DNA from: Raillietiella orientalis
Taxonomy: Eukaryota
Reading direction: 5' to 3'
DNA length: 64,000 bases
Assembly: GCA_036172245.1 (NCBI GenBank)
Contig: JAYWIR010000015.1
Location: 1,550,001-1,614,000 of the forward strand
The position numbers and the translations under genes are program-made. Below are positions 48,930 through 62,400 of this stretch, piece by piece. Each line of letters opens with the position of its first letter. Position 1 is the stretch's first letter. Below the pieces are notes generated by a model. The model ran no database searches and was not told where the DNA came from. It worked only from the letters and a program-made list of their open reading frames with translations.

Positions 48930-51900
48930 ATGAAATTTCCCGAAAGTCAAAATCCCGACGACGACTTTGTGAAGCAAATGAGGAATGTTTTCGATCTGTG
49001 CGACCACGAGCGGAAAGGTTACATCTCGGTGCATCAGTTTGTATCCCTAGCGCAGCAGCATTTTTTCCGTTCCGCACCCGAGTTCAAGGTAATTCGACTT
49101 TATTTCTTACCAGCCTTTACGTGGCGGCAGCAGGGTATTTTAAAATGCTCGTTTTCACGTGTCATACCCATATCCTTCCTCCCATAAATTTGTTTATTGG
49201 AGTGTTCGTTTGATGTGAGCTGAGAATTTTCGGTCTTTCATATGTAAGTTCGGCTTCACCGCGATCAGAATTCTCGATAAATTTATAGGCAGAGAAACGT
49301 AAACGGAATTTTTGGTTCAGCGTGTGGATGCGGTCTGTTGCTATGAAAAACAGGAACAGCTCAAAGATGATTGCCGTCCCGACAGCCGTTGGAGCCTCAG
49401 AATGTGTTTCCCGGAGCAGAAATCTCCTGTTGTTTCCGCAAACGTGTTTTCGCCAGTGACGTTTTCGCGTTTCCGAGGCAACCGTGATCTCAAGCTGTAC
49501 AGATTTTTGTGCAATGGAACGAAAGTCCGACGAATGGCGATCTTCGGTATCACTGATTTTTCAAGGCTGCTCCACGAGAGCCTACTAATAGTGTGCCTTT
49601 CTCCTGCTCCCAGGCTGTTTCAGCATTTTTACATTTCCATTACAAAACTGTTACGTTTCCACGTAACGAGATGGTGACTGACCGTTAAAACCAGCGGCTG
49701 CCGACCGTTATGATCGTAAAACTTCACCCGCAGTCTGTTCGCTGCCTCTCCTATTTTCTTTCCTTTGCAGCGAGGGATTAATTGAATGTTGTCACTTATC
49801 CTCCTACAGCCGAGGATGTTCAGTTAGACCACCCTATTGATGCTTCCCCTCCCCTGTTATCCTGAATCTGCTTCTTTATCACGTATATGTGTAGCCGATT
49901 TCGAGCGTCTTCCCTATTCATTAGCGGAACTGTAATCAACCGCATAACATTTTAAGCAGCTCCGTTCGAATCACCTCTTCGTGGATTTTGCGATGCGATG
50001 AAACACGATGAGTGCCGTTTCACCAAACTGTGATGCCCGCAGGGAGGAACCCTCAGTTCCACGCTTCCTAGGGAAGGAGCTGCTACCACGGAGTTGCCTG
50101 CCAACGGATCCAGGATCGAATCTTGGAGGAGAAGGACCATTCCTCGGTGCATAATAGAACACCAGGGCAGTGTGTCGTTCTCCGCCTGCGGAATCGTTGG
50201 TCCGTTTTTTCCCTCCCCTTTGACTTTTTCTCCCCTCCTACTTCCACAATAGGGTCGTGTGCCTCACTAGACCGGCCGCCCACACGTGGATGACCATGCC
50301 GAACTTTGAATTCTTCCAGTCGCTCCAGCTATTGCCAGGAATCGCCTAAGAACGTCACGTTCAAGGAAATTCTCAAAGAGGAATCCCCGATAGGACCCGC
50401 CACGTGGCAGGTCCTAAAGGGAAAATTTGCTCCTAAGGGAATGCTGATAGCGTCTCCCACCGGCTTTTCTGGACGACTTGCCCGGCCAAAGGAATACTTT
50501 GATAGCGTGGCATCGGAAAATGCCTCTAGCTCGCTGCTCTCCAAATAGGCAGAACATCTTCCTTACACCCAGCAGATCAAGGCTGTGGCATCTGTAGCCT
50601 CGTAAAGAAGCGTGTCATCGGAATAGGTTTTCCAAGAACCCTTGTGCGAATGCATTCCTTTGTTTGCTGCTGACACAGTTTGCGGGCTGCATTTCGAACC
50701 GTGCAAGTTGAGAACACGTGTTAGCTCAGTGGTTCTCATTACCCAAGGCAACTAAATGATGCTGATGCTTGGTCATTTGCGGCTGCCATCGCCACGTTTT
50801 TTTTTTTTCTTCTTCTTCTTCTTCTTCTCTCTCTCTCTCACTCTCTTTTCCCGCCCGTTCGCTGCCATACAACCATCACATAGTTAGCAACAAAAAGACA
50901 CTTTGCATCGCATAGGAGTCAAAATATCAACTTAGGTGTGGCCAAACAGATTCATCTTCGTCCACATTTGATTTGCACCGACTTCCAAACAAAAGCAAAA
51001 TGGTTGATTTTTCACAAAAGGCATTTCTCCAAGAACGGATCGTTAAGATTATACGTTCGTTATCCTTGTGGGGTCGTAACCTATAAAACTCTACAATCCT
51101 ATGTTGTTACATCTAGTGAAATGAAATTGCTGATGATTTTTTTTTTCTTTTTCCTTCAGGAATTTTCCAAGTTGGCCCAGAAACTTGATCCCGACGGAGA
51201 GGGAGCAATCTCGTTTAATGATTTTCTTCACCGTGTTTCAAGTTTATTACGTGCTTCCGGTAAATATGATTTTTGCTGTTTGTCCCTTTTAATTTGGTGC
51301 GGGAGTTTATCAGTGCCCAAAAGATCTGAATAAGGTACATGTACGATGTTTCACGCTAATGGATTTTTTTTTTAATTGACTTTTTCAAGTAACTGATAGA
51401 AGAGTACTGAGATACTCACTTCGTATTGCGTGACCTCTTATGAAGGTATCGGTGATTCCAGGTTAATTTTATGGGACTTGTCATTCATCCTAAGATGGAA
51501 AAGTTTCGAGTTCAGTGATTATCATAACAACCAGAAACACAATCTGGCATCTAAGAAAATTGGTTGTTCCTCTGGTGATCTATCAGAAAAGCAGCCAATT
51601 TTCTAGATTCAAAAGTATGCAGATGCTTCGATCCCGTAGTTTCATGCTATATCAGAGTAACAAATGAGGACCTTGGACCTTGGTTCTGTGCGAACACATA
51701 CAGATCTTTTAGAAGACTCAGGGTGTCGTTGCAAAGGAAAAGCCAGCAAAGGAAGTTTCTCGTGTGCTTAGTTATCGGACAAACGATCAGTCATAAGAAG
51801 AAAAGCATCCAAGAGTGCTAGACGCTGTGAATGCTTGAGGACTTGGCCGATATAATTTTGAATTAAATTTACACTATCCGAAACTATGAGTAACAAGTTG

Positions 51901-54900
51901 TCACTTTTTGATTTTTCTGGACGTTCTCCTAAAATTTTGAATATCTAATTCTCCTCTCTAATGCTCCTTGAGAGATCGAGCAGATGTGTTGAGTTTTCTC
52001 TGGTGTTTTAAGCGTGTTGCTGTTCCCCCCGACCCACAGGAGGTTTTTGATTCACGTGTCATCACAAGCAGTTTACGCTTCCGCTGCAAAGGACTCGGTC
52101 ATCCGCGGATAGCATTCTTCGTAACACGTTGATTGCTTTGGTCTCCCAGAAGAAGCAAAGTGTCTAAAAGAGGGGGGAAAGCTTTATCCAGACAGAGCCC
52201 ATTCTGATTGCTTTCCCGAAATTCCCTTTTGCAGGATTACATAATTATTCTCATTCTGAGTGCTGGACCTTCTTGCCGTGCTCAAATTGCTGGTCATTAG
52301 GCGATTTTTCCATAAATAGAATGCATCGTTATGTTATGTAAGCATCGAGATGTTCACATTTAACCTACGTCGAAGCACAAGTACATTTCAAGTGGTTCTC
52401 AAGTCGTTTTTTGGTGCTCCGTTTAGTGTACATTTTCAGCCTGTGTCTCTTAAAATGTGAAGAATGATATTACCAGGATATTTGAAACCAAATCACGAAG
52501 TATTGATGTAAACGACAAGTCTCTGTGTACCTAAGTAATCAAACGTTTATGTCACTAAATTGAATAGGTGCTCCATTCCTGTCATGAATTAGCTTTTGGG
52601 CCGATGATGATTACATTTTTTTTACCCTTCTTTTTAGTGGCTTTGCTGTTCAGATGTCTATGTAACCTGGCGTTTTCCATAAGAGCAACGTTTCTGATTT
52701 TTCGAGTCTATGATAAGCTCTTATTGAAAATAAATTCTGACATTTGCTTGATTCGTTAGTCGCTCAGAATGCTATTCATGAGCCATCGTGCTGACCACCT
52801 GCATTTGTCACGTGCTTCCAGATCACTTACATTTTGATCAAGCTTTAGTCATGTTGAAGAAACCTCTAAGTCTTCGGTCATCTAACAACAGCTTTCGCAA
52901 TTAGTAGTATTTGGAAATGAGAATTTTGCGGATTCGCTGGCATCAATTTGGCGAGCAATGCAGTTATTTCATGCGTTCAGGACTGCACAGAATATGCTTT
53001 AAGAAAAATAAATAAATAAAGGATGTTTCTTTTGTGAGGGATCTCGCGAGTCGGAACGCCAGGCAGCCTCGAGCTCTTTGCATTCAGCATTTGTCATGCA
53101 GCAGAAGAATAGATTGAGTTTTCGTCCGGTCTACTCCTGTGAAATCCTTTTTCCTAAATAATTCCCAGCATTCCCCTTTGTTTTCTGCTGGTGATCACCT
53201 TTGCTCCGGCATGAATCGTGAAATTGGGGAAGCGTCCGCTCGGCGTTCGGAAATATTTGTGAACTGTGGCGATGGCAAAATATGATCCCGGACTCGGTTA
53301 TCCTTGTGGTTCTCTACATTCTTTGGGTTGATGTCTGGAATCGCTCAGTATTCTGGCATATTTTGTTCCCTTTGTAGCCTTGTCACCCTTAGGCTGCCGG
53401 TAGAAATTCTGTTTTTTTTTTTTTTTTTCACCTATGAGGTCATCTTTGTGAAAGATCTGAAAGATCAGAAAAATTATACAAGCTCAGTTTTACGAGCATG
53501 CAAAGTAACGTAACTTTCCTTTTGTGTGCCTTCTCCTGAGCTGCAATCCAATAGCAGAGCTGTTTTCCAGAGACGAATAAAACAGATTAGGTTTCAGGTC
53601 AAAAGTTATCGATTTACCACTGTTTTCATTTCGATTGCTTAGTGACCAGCCAAGCTTTGTCACGAGCCTGTACCCATAATTTTGAAGTGACATCCTCTGC
53701 TGTAAAGAGTGTGTAAGGTTCTCAACATAGAAATGGATACTGCCATTTTGTGGAGCCGTCACTGTTAGCTGTGATGAGAAGAAGGCATCAGAAGAGGAGC
53801 TCGCTCGGAAGTTTGGTTGGCAGGTTCGATCACAAAGACGGACAGTAGTGAGCACATAAAACCGTTCTTTCAATAGTGGACTGGCAAAACAAAAATTTCA
53901 AGAAGAGTGAGCCTCGCCTCGTCCTGTCGCCTTCTTCCCGTCTTTGTGCCGCTATCATGCGCAATAAAGCATCCAGAATTGGGAATCAAATCCCGAGAAT
54001 TACTGTTGGGTAACACTGTTGCCTCTATGAGTTAAGAGGACCCTAAGCATAAGGTGAATGATCTTCCGTATACGGTACATAGAATAATCATGAACAACTT
54101 ATTGCTGTTTTCACGGAATCAGTCCTTTTTCGTTAGCAGTTCGTGTTGTTTTTACGAGGGCCCATCTCTTCACGAAGCTATTGGCCGTTTAGGTCCCAAA
54201 TGTGCACTCATCGAGACGAATGAAATAAAATCAGTTCATCTGGTGTTAGTGGAATTAGCTTACCTGAAGATTGCTCAGTATCGTTAATGTCTCCATTGCC
54301 TTCCAATAAGAAATTACTCCCTGCATTCCTTGCTGGTGTGCTAAGGACTAGGGTGAAAATGAATGACTTTCTTTGATATGATAACAGCTACCGCAACACG
54401 TCGGAATCTAACAGCCATTTCAGAAAAGGCTTTGCGAGAAAATGATGTTTCTGAATTACATGGATATGAATACAGGATGTGCTCATTACCTGCAACAGCC
54501 CAATAGAATACTAGAGATCTCTGTTAAGTAGCGATTTGTTTGTTCCTAAGTCTATATGAAGGCTTCCAATTTCACAATATGTTGTTACGGAGGAATAAAC
54601 AGAGAATTGCGTTGGTAAACGTTCCAAATGAAGATAAACCGAAACGAAGCAAGGCTGAACTATCAGGAGGCTGACTCTCATTATCTTGAAAAATTAGGAG
54701 GAGCGAGCAAAACAACAGCAGCAACAACGACGGGAAAAGAAAAAAAAAAACCAGCATGAAAGTTGCTGATTCGTAGAGAGTATTTTTGTACACGCTTTGT
54801 ACATACGTGCTGCAGACCCCTGCGTTTAGAAGTTGTGATATGAATGTGGTGAGCGATAACTGATCTCTGTTCTGCTTTCAGGATGAGACGAAATAATAGA

Positions 54901-57900
54901 AAGAAAGAACATTTTTTGCATTCCATGCAGCACATGAAACGATTCTAAATCAAAAACAGACAAAGGTCGGATGCCGGCTTCATTATTTTGAACCATTTCG
55001 CACGGGGCTGGGTTCTCAGTATCGGCGAAACAAAACAACAACCTTCACACTTTGTGTATGTTGAAGAAATCTTACTTGTTGGATAAATGAACAGAGTGCA
55101 TATCAAGGAACAGGATTGAAAGAAAGCTCTTTACAACATTCTTTTGATGTGATTACACGTGGATGTTCTTTACAAGTAGAAAGACTGATTTCCATCTATT
55201 TACTCGTTCAGAATGTTTTGTTTATTTCACATAGTATGATTTTTATTCATTTCAAAAATGGCTGCGTTAGTCAAGGAAAGAGTAGACAGCGAAATACGTT
55301 CTAAACATCAAACTTTGTGCTAGCTTATGTTTGCAGCAGCACCGTTTTCCCACTTCTTTTAACCGAACAGTTTGAATTTTTCTTGTATTCACAAACAATC
55401 GCTGGTAATGGATAAACAAAAAAAAAAAACACCACACTAATGAGCTATGATGAGGAACAGATTTTGTTCTAAAATAAAAAGAGTGACACATTGCAAGTGA
55501 TGGAAACCAAAACTCATAGGTCCTTTTTGAAGAACAGAGACTCCTGATACCCGAGTCAGCAGTGGAATGCTGGGTTGAAAAGTTCAAAGCACATACCCCG
55601 GAGCACTTTGATAATAGCTTAGACTGGTATCGGAAAACGGTAATCTATCATTGGAGCTGCTAGGGACTAAGGAAGACTGGAGGAGCCCAAGATGCTATTT
55701 CTACGAGCAGTGTGTCCAGATGCTTCTCCAAACTTGCAAGTCAGTACCACCTTAGGAAAGCATTGGAGGCTGATAATGCATTTCCGTGTCATCGCAAAGT
55801 ACGACCCAAGATTTCTGTAACGTTGTTGAATCTTCCTCTACAACTGATATAAGATAGTCACTGTCATAACTACTTCATGAAAGCAGTAGAAACTTCTAGA
55901 ATTTTTGTGAGGTTTCACAAAAAATCCTCAGCAGCTAACCCCCGATAGAGTCCTTCCTTTTGTCCCGTTGCTATACAGGATATCATTTGGTGCGGAGGTA
56001 TTTTTTTTGCCCTTGATGTATCTCCAGAAAGCCCCTGGAAGGAAAATAGCTCCTTGATGCCTTTATCAAGAAAATACGCACAAATACTGAAAAGCACACA
56101 GATCCATTGATATCGGGCTATTGGTCACATTGTCAAGAAATGAAAATTTCCGGTGTCCCTGTTGTTAGTCGGTAGCGTTCCTTCACTATCTGAACTACAG
56201 ATGCTTCTGCACACTCTGTGCTTAAACTCCAAATCTTTGATGCCTCTGTTGATTTACTTTCTGCCGTGAGTCGTGAAACATCCTTTCCCGTCAGTAAATT
56301 AAATGTTGAGAGGACGTCACGCACATTCGCCGTTTAGGCAGTCACCTTGCCAACAGAATGGTTGGCTTATGGTACTCTTTCCGATGTCACTGCCGAACCT
56401 AGCAATAAAGTACCCAACTTCAAGTTCGGTTGCTTTGACCTCCGCAGGCAGTTTTGCGTGTCGCTGGGAGAAAGATGTTTGGAGAGAAGATGGCGCTTTT
56501 AATTGTCTGAGTACCACGAATGTTTTTCCCTACGCATGAGACATTCAGCTCTTGGAAGATGCTGCCTTCGCTATAAAGCACATGCCAAAATCGCCGTGTT
56601 ACCTGCTGAATACTTTGTCTTATTTGCAGGCACGTCTGCGTTAGCCTCATCCGTCGCAGATTTACCTACTCATGACCACTGTTCATCAAAGAATTCTATC
56701 CATGTTGAAACCTTCTTGGAAAAAGAATGCTAACATGAAATACCGCCGCATAGAGCGCAAATCACTGACTGCACCGAGCGGAAGGTACGCAGTAAGCATT
56801 CATGAAAAGCTTTCATAACCTGTGACAATGCTCGTCACGCGTCACGCGTCGTGGTCCATGGATTGCATCCGAGGGCAAAGTTCCAGGGAGCTGCGCGTTG
56901 AATTCCCACAGTGCCAGCATTGAATTTATGTCTTAACTTGCCTAGGTACCTTGCTTCGGTGGCATTCGTTCTGTGGTGTGATTATTGAAGGTTGACGCTA
57001 AGCACATGTTGGCATGGGGTGTTTTAGGCTGCTCTTTTACAACAGACTCCCAGGTTTGCGACACGCCCCTCGATACGTAAACCCTGCGACATGACGTCAT
57101 AAGTATTGACGGCTTGTTTTCGGCGCCTAGCTCGGAGTTGCACGTGACCTTGCTGTTTGCTGACTAATCTTCGTGTGTGCTTCACTGTTCATCTGTGTGC
57201 CTACCGTTTGGTACAGAGGGGGGACGGGGGGGGGTTGGAAGTCTCGTTGTCGATCTCAATCGTCGTCTAAAACACTCGAATCCGATACAGGATCTAAGGA
57301 ACACCGCAGTATCAACACACATAATACTATAACCGATATTCAGTCTACAGTGTATGAAGATTTTTTGATGATTCCTAGGTTTTACAATTGCCAGGTAAGG
57401 CCTCTTCCTAGCGCAAGTCACGTGTATCAAATGAGTGATGTGGAACCTCAAGACCTGATTGCGTTAACCTGCGGTGACTTATTTCAGGGTAGGAACTATC
57501 AAGATTAGGGATAACGAGCTTTTATCTGTAGTCTACTTGTGGAGCAGTCAGGAAAAGAGTCTTGTGAAGTAACTTAAAGCTCTTGCTTTGCGTCATTTGG
57601 TTCAGCAACTTATGCAGCCGTCCCCAACGGTATTTGTAATCACTGGAAGTGCGTAATCTCTGGTCATTTGCGTGTGCATACCGATGATGGGCAGATCGAT
57701 TCCTTTCGGCCTTATCGGGATGCTTGCTCGCGTGAGACAGCATCACTTCGGAATTTTCCTTTCTTCAAGGAAAAGTTTCGAAGTCCAACACAAAACTCAT
57801 GCTTGCGATAGTTCATTTTGGGGTCGCCTTTGTTCTTGCAAACAAGCAGTTGCTCTTTGCGGCTTTTGCGAACGTGTCGCCTCCGATTCTGAGGAGCGAT

Positions 57901-59447
57901 GCAAAGCTAGTGGATAGTAAAGTGGAATTCCGAGTGCCGTGCTCCATTTTCCTGCTCAGGTCGACACAGGCATTCTTGGAAGGGCATGGTCACGTAGTCA
58001 TGGCACGGGTCCGTGCTCCGGATTTTGAGCGCTCCGCGTTTGCAAACGTGGAAAATGGACGCTGAAGGAGTTTTAAGGTCAGGTCCATGGGAAACCAACA
58101 CGTTTCGCTTCTTTCAAAGCCAACAGTTGAAGTAGAGGAAACCTGTGGGTGACCACTTGCGGTAGAAAGGAAAAGGGGTTCCACCACACTCGTAAACCGC
58201 GGATTTTCAGGCTATTTTTCTGTCTCGTTGATTGGCATCGGTAGAATGGACTTTGGTTTCACATCAGCCCAAAGTCGTGATCCGATAGAGCTTTTTAGCA
58301 GTACCTTCTTCAAAAAAAAAAAAGTCGCTTCTAGGTGCATGAAACGACAAAGCAGTCTGCGAATGACGACTTTGTCGCCAGCTTCCAGCTATGCTTCACT
58401 TTCAAAGTACTTATGACCCAAATGAACGGGTACTCATCGAAGGTTTTTCTATTTATGTTCTGTCGATTACAAAATGATGCAATTTGTAAACGAATGATTT
58501 TCTACCTTTCGTGATCGTTAGTTTCGTCATATGAGGGAGGTTCATCCTCTCAAGCTACCAATCCCTCTTGTGTGGTTGGTTTCTTTGTGACCGCCTTTGG
58601 TTAAGCACCCCTATTTGTTCATTCTCGATAACTTCTCGATTGACCAACGCTGATTCATGTTACTTTAAAGGTTGCACAGAAGTCTGAGGACGAAGTGTTT
58701 TGTTTGTGTTCTTCATTCTCCCATCCCCTACTTTTCCTATTACCAACGCGTACCATTCTTCAGTTTCCTCTTCTGTCACTGGAACCTGATGCCAGAAAAC
58801 TTTCTGGAATCGGGTTCTTTTCCCTCGTTGCGTGGAAGCTCCTGAGAACGGCGCAGCTGAAGGAATGAACGAATGGGCTTCAAATTGTCAGAAGGTCCAG
58901 ATGTTGGGAACCCTTGTGAGGGGCAGTCCTTACGTGTACATCGCCGATTTCGTGATCCGATGGTGGTTGTGAAATTAATGGACGGAAAACCCACGAAAAG
59001 GCCACCGCACGCAGGTACCGTTGGTTCATGCAGACCACACTACCGCCCAGCTGCGATGCAGCTTTATAAATTTCATGAGATTACAAGAGTATGCATTTAT
59101 CAATATATCAGCATTCATCTACTCAAAGAGACTCAGCATTCTGCTTCCATGAATAGATCCCGAAAGACAGCGTAAGGTGAGCCTTTGGTCCCCCCCCCCC
59201 GCAAGAAAGCAAGGCTAAGGAAGTCTCTCTGGTGCGTCATCCTTCGAGGGAAATCACTGCAAATCTTGCGAGGAACCCTCATCTGCTGTCCTTGGAAAGA
59301 TTCTCTCAGCATGCGAGCTGCTGTCAAAAAACCAGAAACCATCCACTGGTTAGCAAACCTTTTTTATTTGTCTCATCAAGTGGATTAGATGGGACTTTAC
59401 ATTACCTTACGACTTGATACCGTGGATAGTGGCAGCCCTTATTTTCC

Positions 59448-59482
<35 letters not shown>

Positions 59483-62400
59483 GCGTTTTTGCGTGTCATT
59501 GGCGATGCAGGCGGTACGGTCACTTCTTCCTAGAAAATGCGATAATCGAAAGCGTCGGATTCGTTTTCGGTCTCCGGAATAGTTCTCTTCCTGGAACGAA
59601 ACCACGCAAATCGTTAGCCACGGGGCATCGGAATTGTGCGTCGTTATGCAAACGTATCGAGTTGAGTGGAATGACGTTCGAATTTTTGCCGCTTCCACTC
59701 GTCGCGGTTTTTGTTTCTGCCGTGACAGAAAGCACAGCACGCGAGCCTCAACCTAAACATTTCTCCTTGATTGCACGCTTGGCCTTTTTGTTTCTCCGGC
59801 TCAAGCGTTTGGGAGTTTGCCTTCACTTAACTGAATTCTGTTTGCAGATGAGGAGGAGAGTGCTGCCCAGTTCTCAGAAGGATACATCCGTAAGGTGAGT
59901 CATGCACTGCTGGCGGAACTGCTTCGATATTGTGTTCTCGTGATTCTTCTTTTCTTCCCCTCCTTCTGCTCTAATTAGACGATCTGCCTCCTCCTCGTCG
60001 TCGTCGGGATTTTTTTTTTTCCTTTCTTCCCCCCCCCCCCCCCTCCCTTGTGGTGTGTGTGTGTGTGTCCTCCCGCTTTATCTTCGCAGAGGGCAGGTGC
60101 ATGCGTTCGCCAATACCGTAACGGAGCTCAGGCAATTGCAGTGAGTGCTTTGTCTCCCATTCTGCGCCCGCTCCGATTTCCGCGAGGTGTCCTTTCCTCA
60201 TCCGAGAGATGCAAAAGAGGTCTCGAAGACGGTGGTGTGTGCGTGTGTGTGTGTTTTGGCCGCTGCCTTCGCATTTTTGTTTACCCTCCCCCCTCCCCCC
60301 CCCCGGACCCACTTCTCCGGACGATTTCCGTGTGCTTCCGCATTGCAAATATTGATTGCGTGGCACCTCACAGCGCAAAGCGCGCGCGTTGGTGGAAGTC
60401 CCGCTAGGGCCTTGCCCCGCTCTTCCTGCACTCGGCACGGGAACGGTGCGAGCCTGTACACGTCGCAGTGTGTGTACCGTACGTCCCTCTCTCCCGTGTA
60501 ATGCCGGAGCAAGGTGGGGAATCACGAGGGCAGAGCGCCGGTGCGTTCGAAAAACAAAAACAACATCGATAAGGAGGCTTCCTGTTGACATTCATCCTGT
60601 CGGTGCAACATAGCAGGTATTCCGAATGGCCGACCTCAGTTGGTCAGTTTGACTTCATTCCTTTGCTGTTCATTGTTCGAACTGTTTGGACCCCGAGTTT
60701 GCGGGCTTCAAACAGATTCTGCTCCGTGCTTTCTCAAATATGCTCTCAGATAGTGGTGGTGTTCGTCATGTCTTTGGCAAATTGAGTCAGCTGTGCTCCC
60801 ATTTCTTTTCTCATCCGCCTATTTGGTTGCTCTCAGAACTTGAATCGTTTTATCAGCCGTCAGTTCAGCGCGCCTTCCCAGTTCTGGGGTTCCTTTATGC
60901 CATGGCATAGCTATGCGGTTAATTAGGAGTGCGTAAAGGAAGTAATTAATCCAGAGAAGTGGTGACCACATTTATCACTATTTATAGTTTTCTACAGCAA
61001 GTGTGTTTCCTTCGCTAATTCACTATTCAAGTTGACATAATGGTAGGCAAACTGTTATTGATTCGATGCTTATTAAGCGATGCTCCGAAGTGTGAAATGG
61101 TGATCGCGGTGTTCTTGCAATGCAGTCAATGGGTGCTGGAAAATCTGCCTCCCACATTTGTTAAACAAATCGCCTAAATCGTTCTAAATACTGGCTCTCT
61201 AAATAATGGAAACACTGCTGAGTCAGTTTTGCCGAGATCCTTCAGTTCCTTCTGCCGTGCTGCATCTCGGAGCACGGACCTTCATCATATACCGAGCGAA
61301 TGACGAAAGGTTTCGTACTTTTTCCACTGCACGTAAAAAAGCCAGCGATCAGATGCACAAAAGTGCTGTTGCCGTTGTCTTTGGAAGGATGGAGGGGAAG
61401 CTGGATTCTCAGCCCACGCGTCATTGCGGTTCAGGGTAATCGTCATTTTCGACCGCCAGAATCCCCGAGAGCACCTCAGCCTCCAGCAGTTTCCTAAATG
61501 AACGGAAAGGCTGCACATTTCACTGCTGGATCAGTCTGGAAGCCGTGGTTGTGAACCCGAGCAAACTGCAAAACACACACACACACACACAAACTGCGCC
61601 CCTCCATCAGGTGTTTCCTCCTGCTTCCAAACACAAAACACGAAACTTCGGGGAACGTGTCGAGCCTCACATACCCATTCTCGGAGAAGCACCTACGTGT
61701 GGCTCAAATGAAGTACGTTGTTCGCAAATTGATCGAAAAATTTCGTCACGTTTGGAAGAGGCGGATTTTGCTGCCATCTCGTCGACGACACTGAAAGCTT
61801 GCCATGTTGACACAGTGATGGAATTCCAGAATTTTCATTTTTCCCTACAACAGAACGGAGGAGAACCCACCTGTGGGGATCAATCGCTGTGCAAGAACGT
61901 GTCCTCCCATGGTTACAGCTACTCAGGTGGAGGAAAGCAAATAAATGGTGCAATAGTCATCCTGGCTGTTCAATTTTGCTAATAATAATAATAACAAAAA
62001 AAAAAAAAAAACTAACTTTGCCATCCGAACTAACAAACCGTATTTAAATGGAGAAAACCGAATTCTGCATCGGTACGAAAAAGCACCAATGCGTTATGAC
62101 TGGAGTGACCGCAAACTCTTTCGGACAACTCCGTCGTATCTGAATTTCACTGGGAACCTACGATAACAGACAAAGCTTACTCCTCCCCCCCCCCCCCCCA
62201 AAAAAAAAAAACAAAGGAAAAAAAAAGGATAATTGTCCTCGATGCATCGGACTCTCCTTACTTGACAGCCCTGCGTGAACCGAAGCAAAGCATCGCAATC
62301 CGCGCGCCAGTGCTACCATCCTCATGAAGTAGAGAACATGCTTAGAAGCTATCAAAAGGTACCTGGAAACATACTCTGCGTAAAGTTGGCGAAGAGTTTC

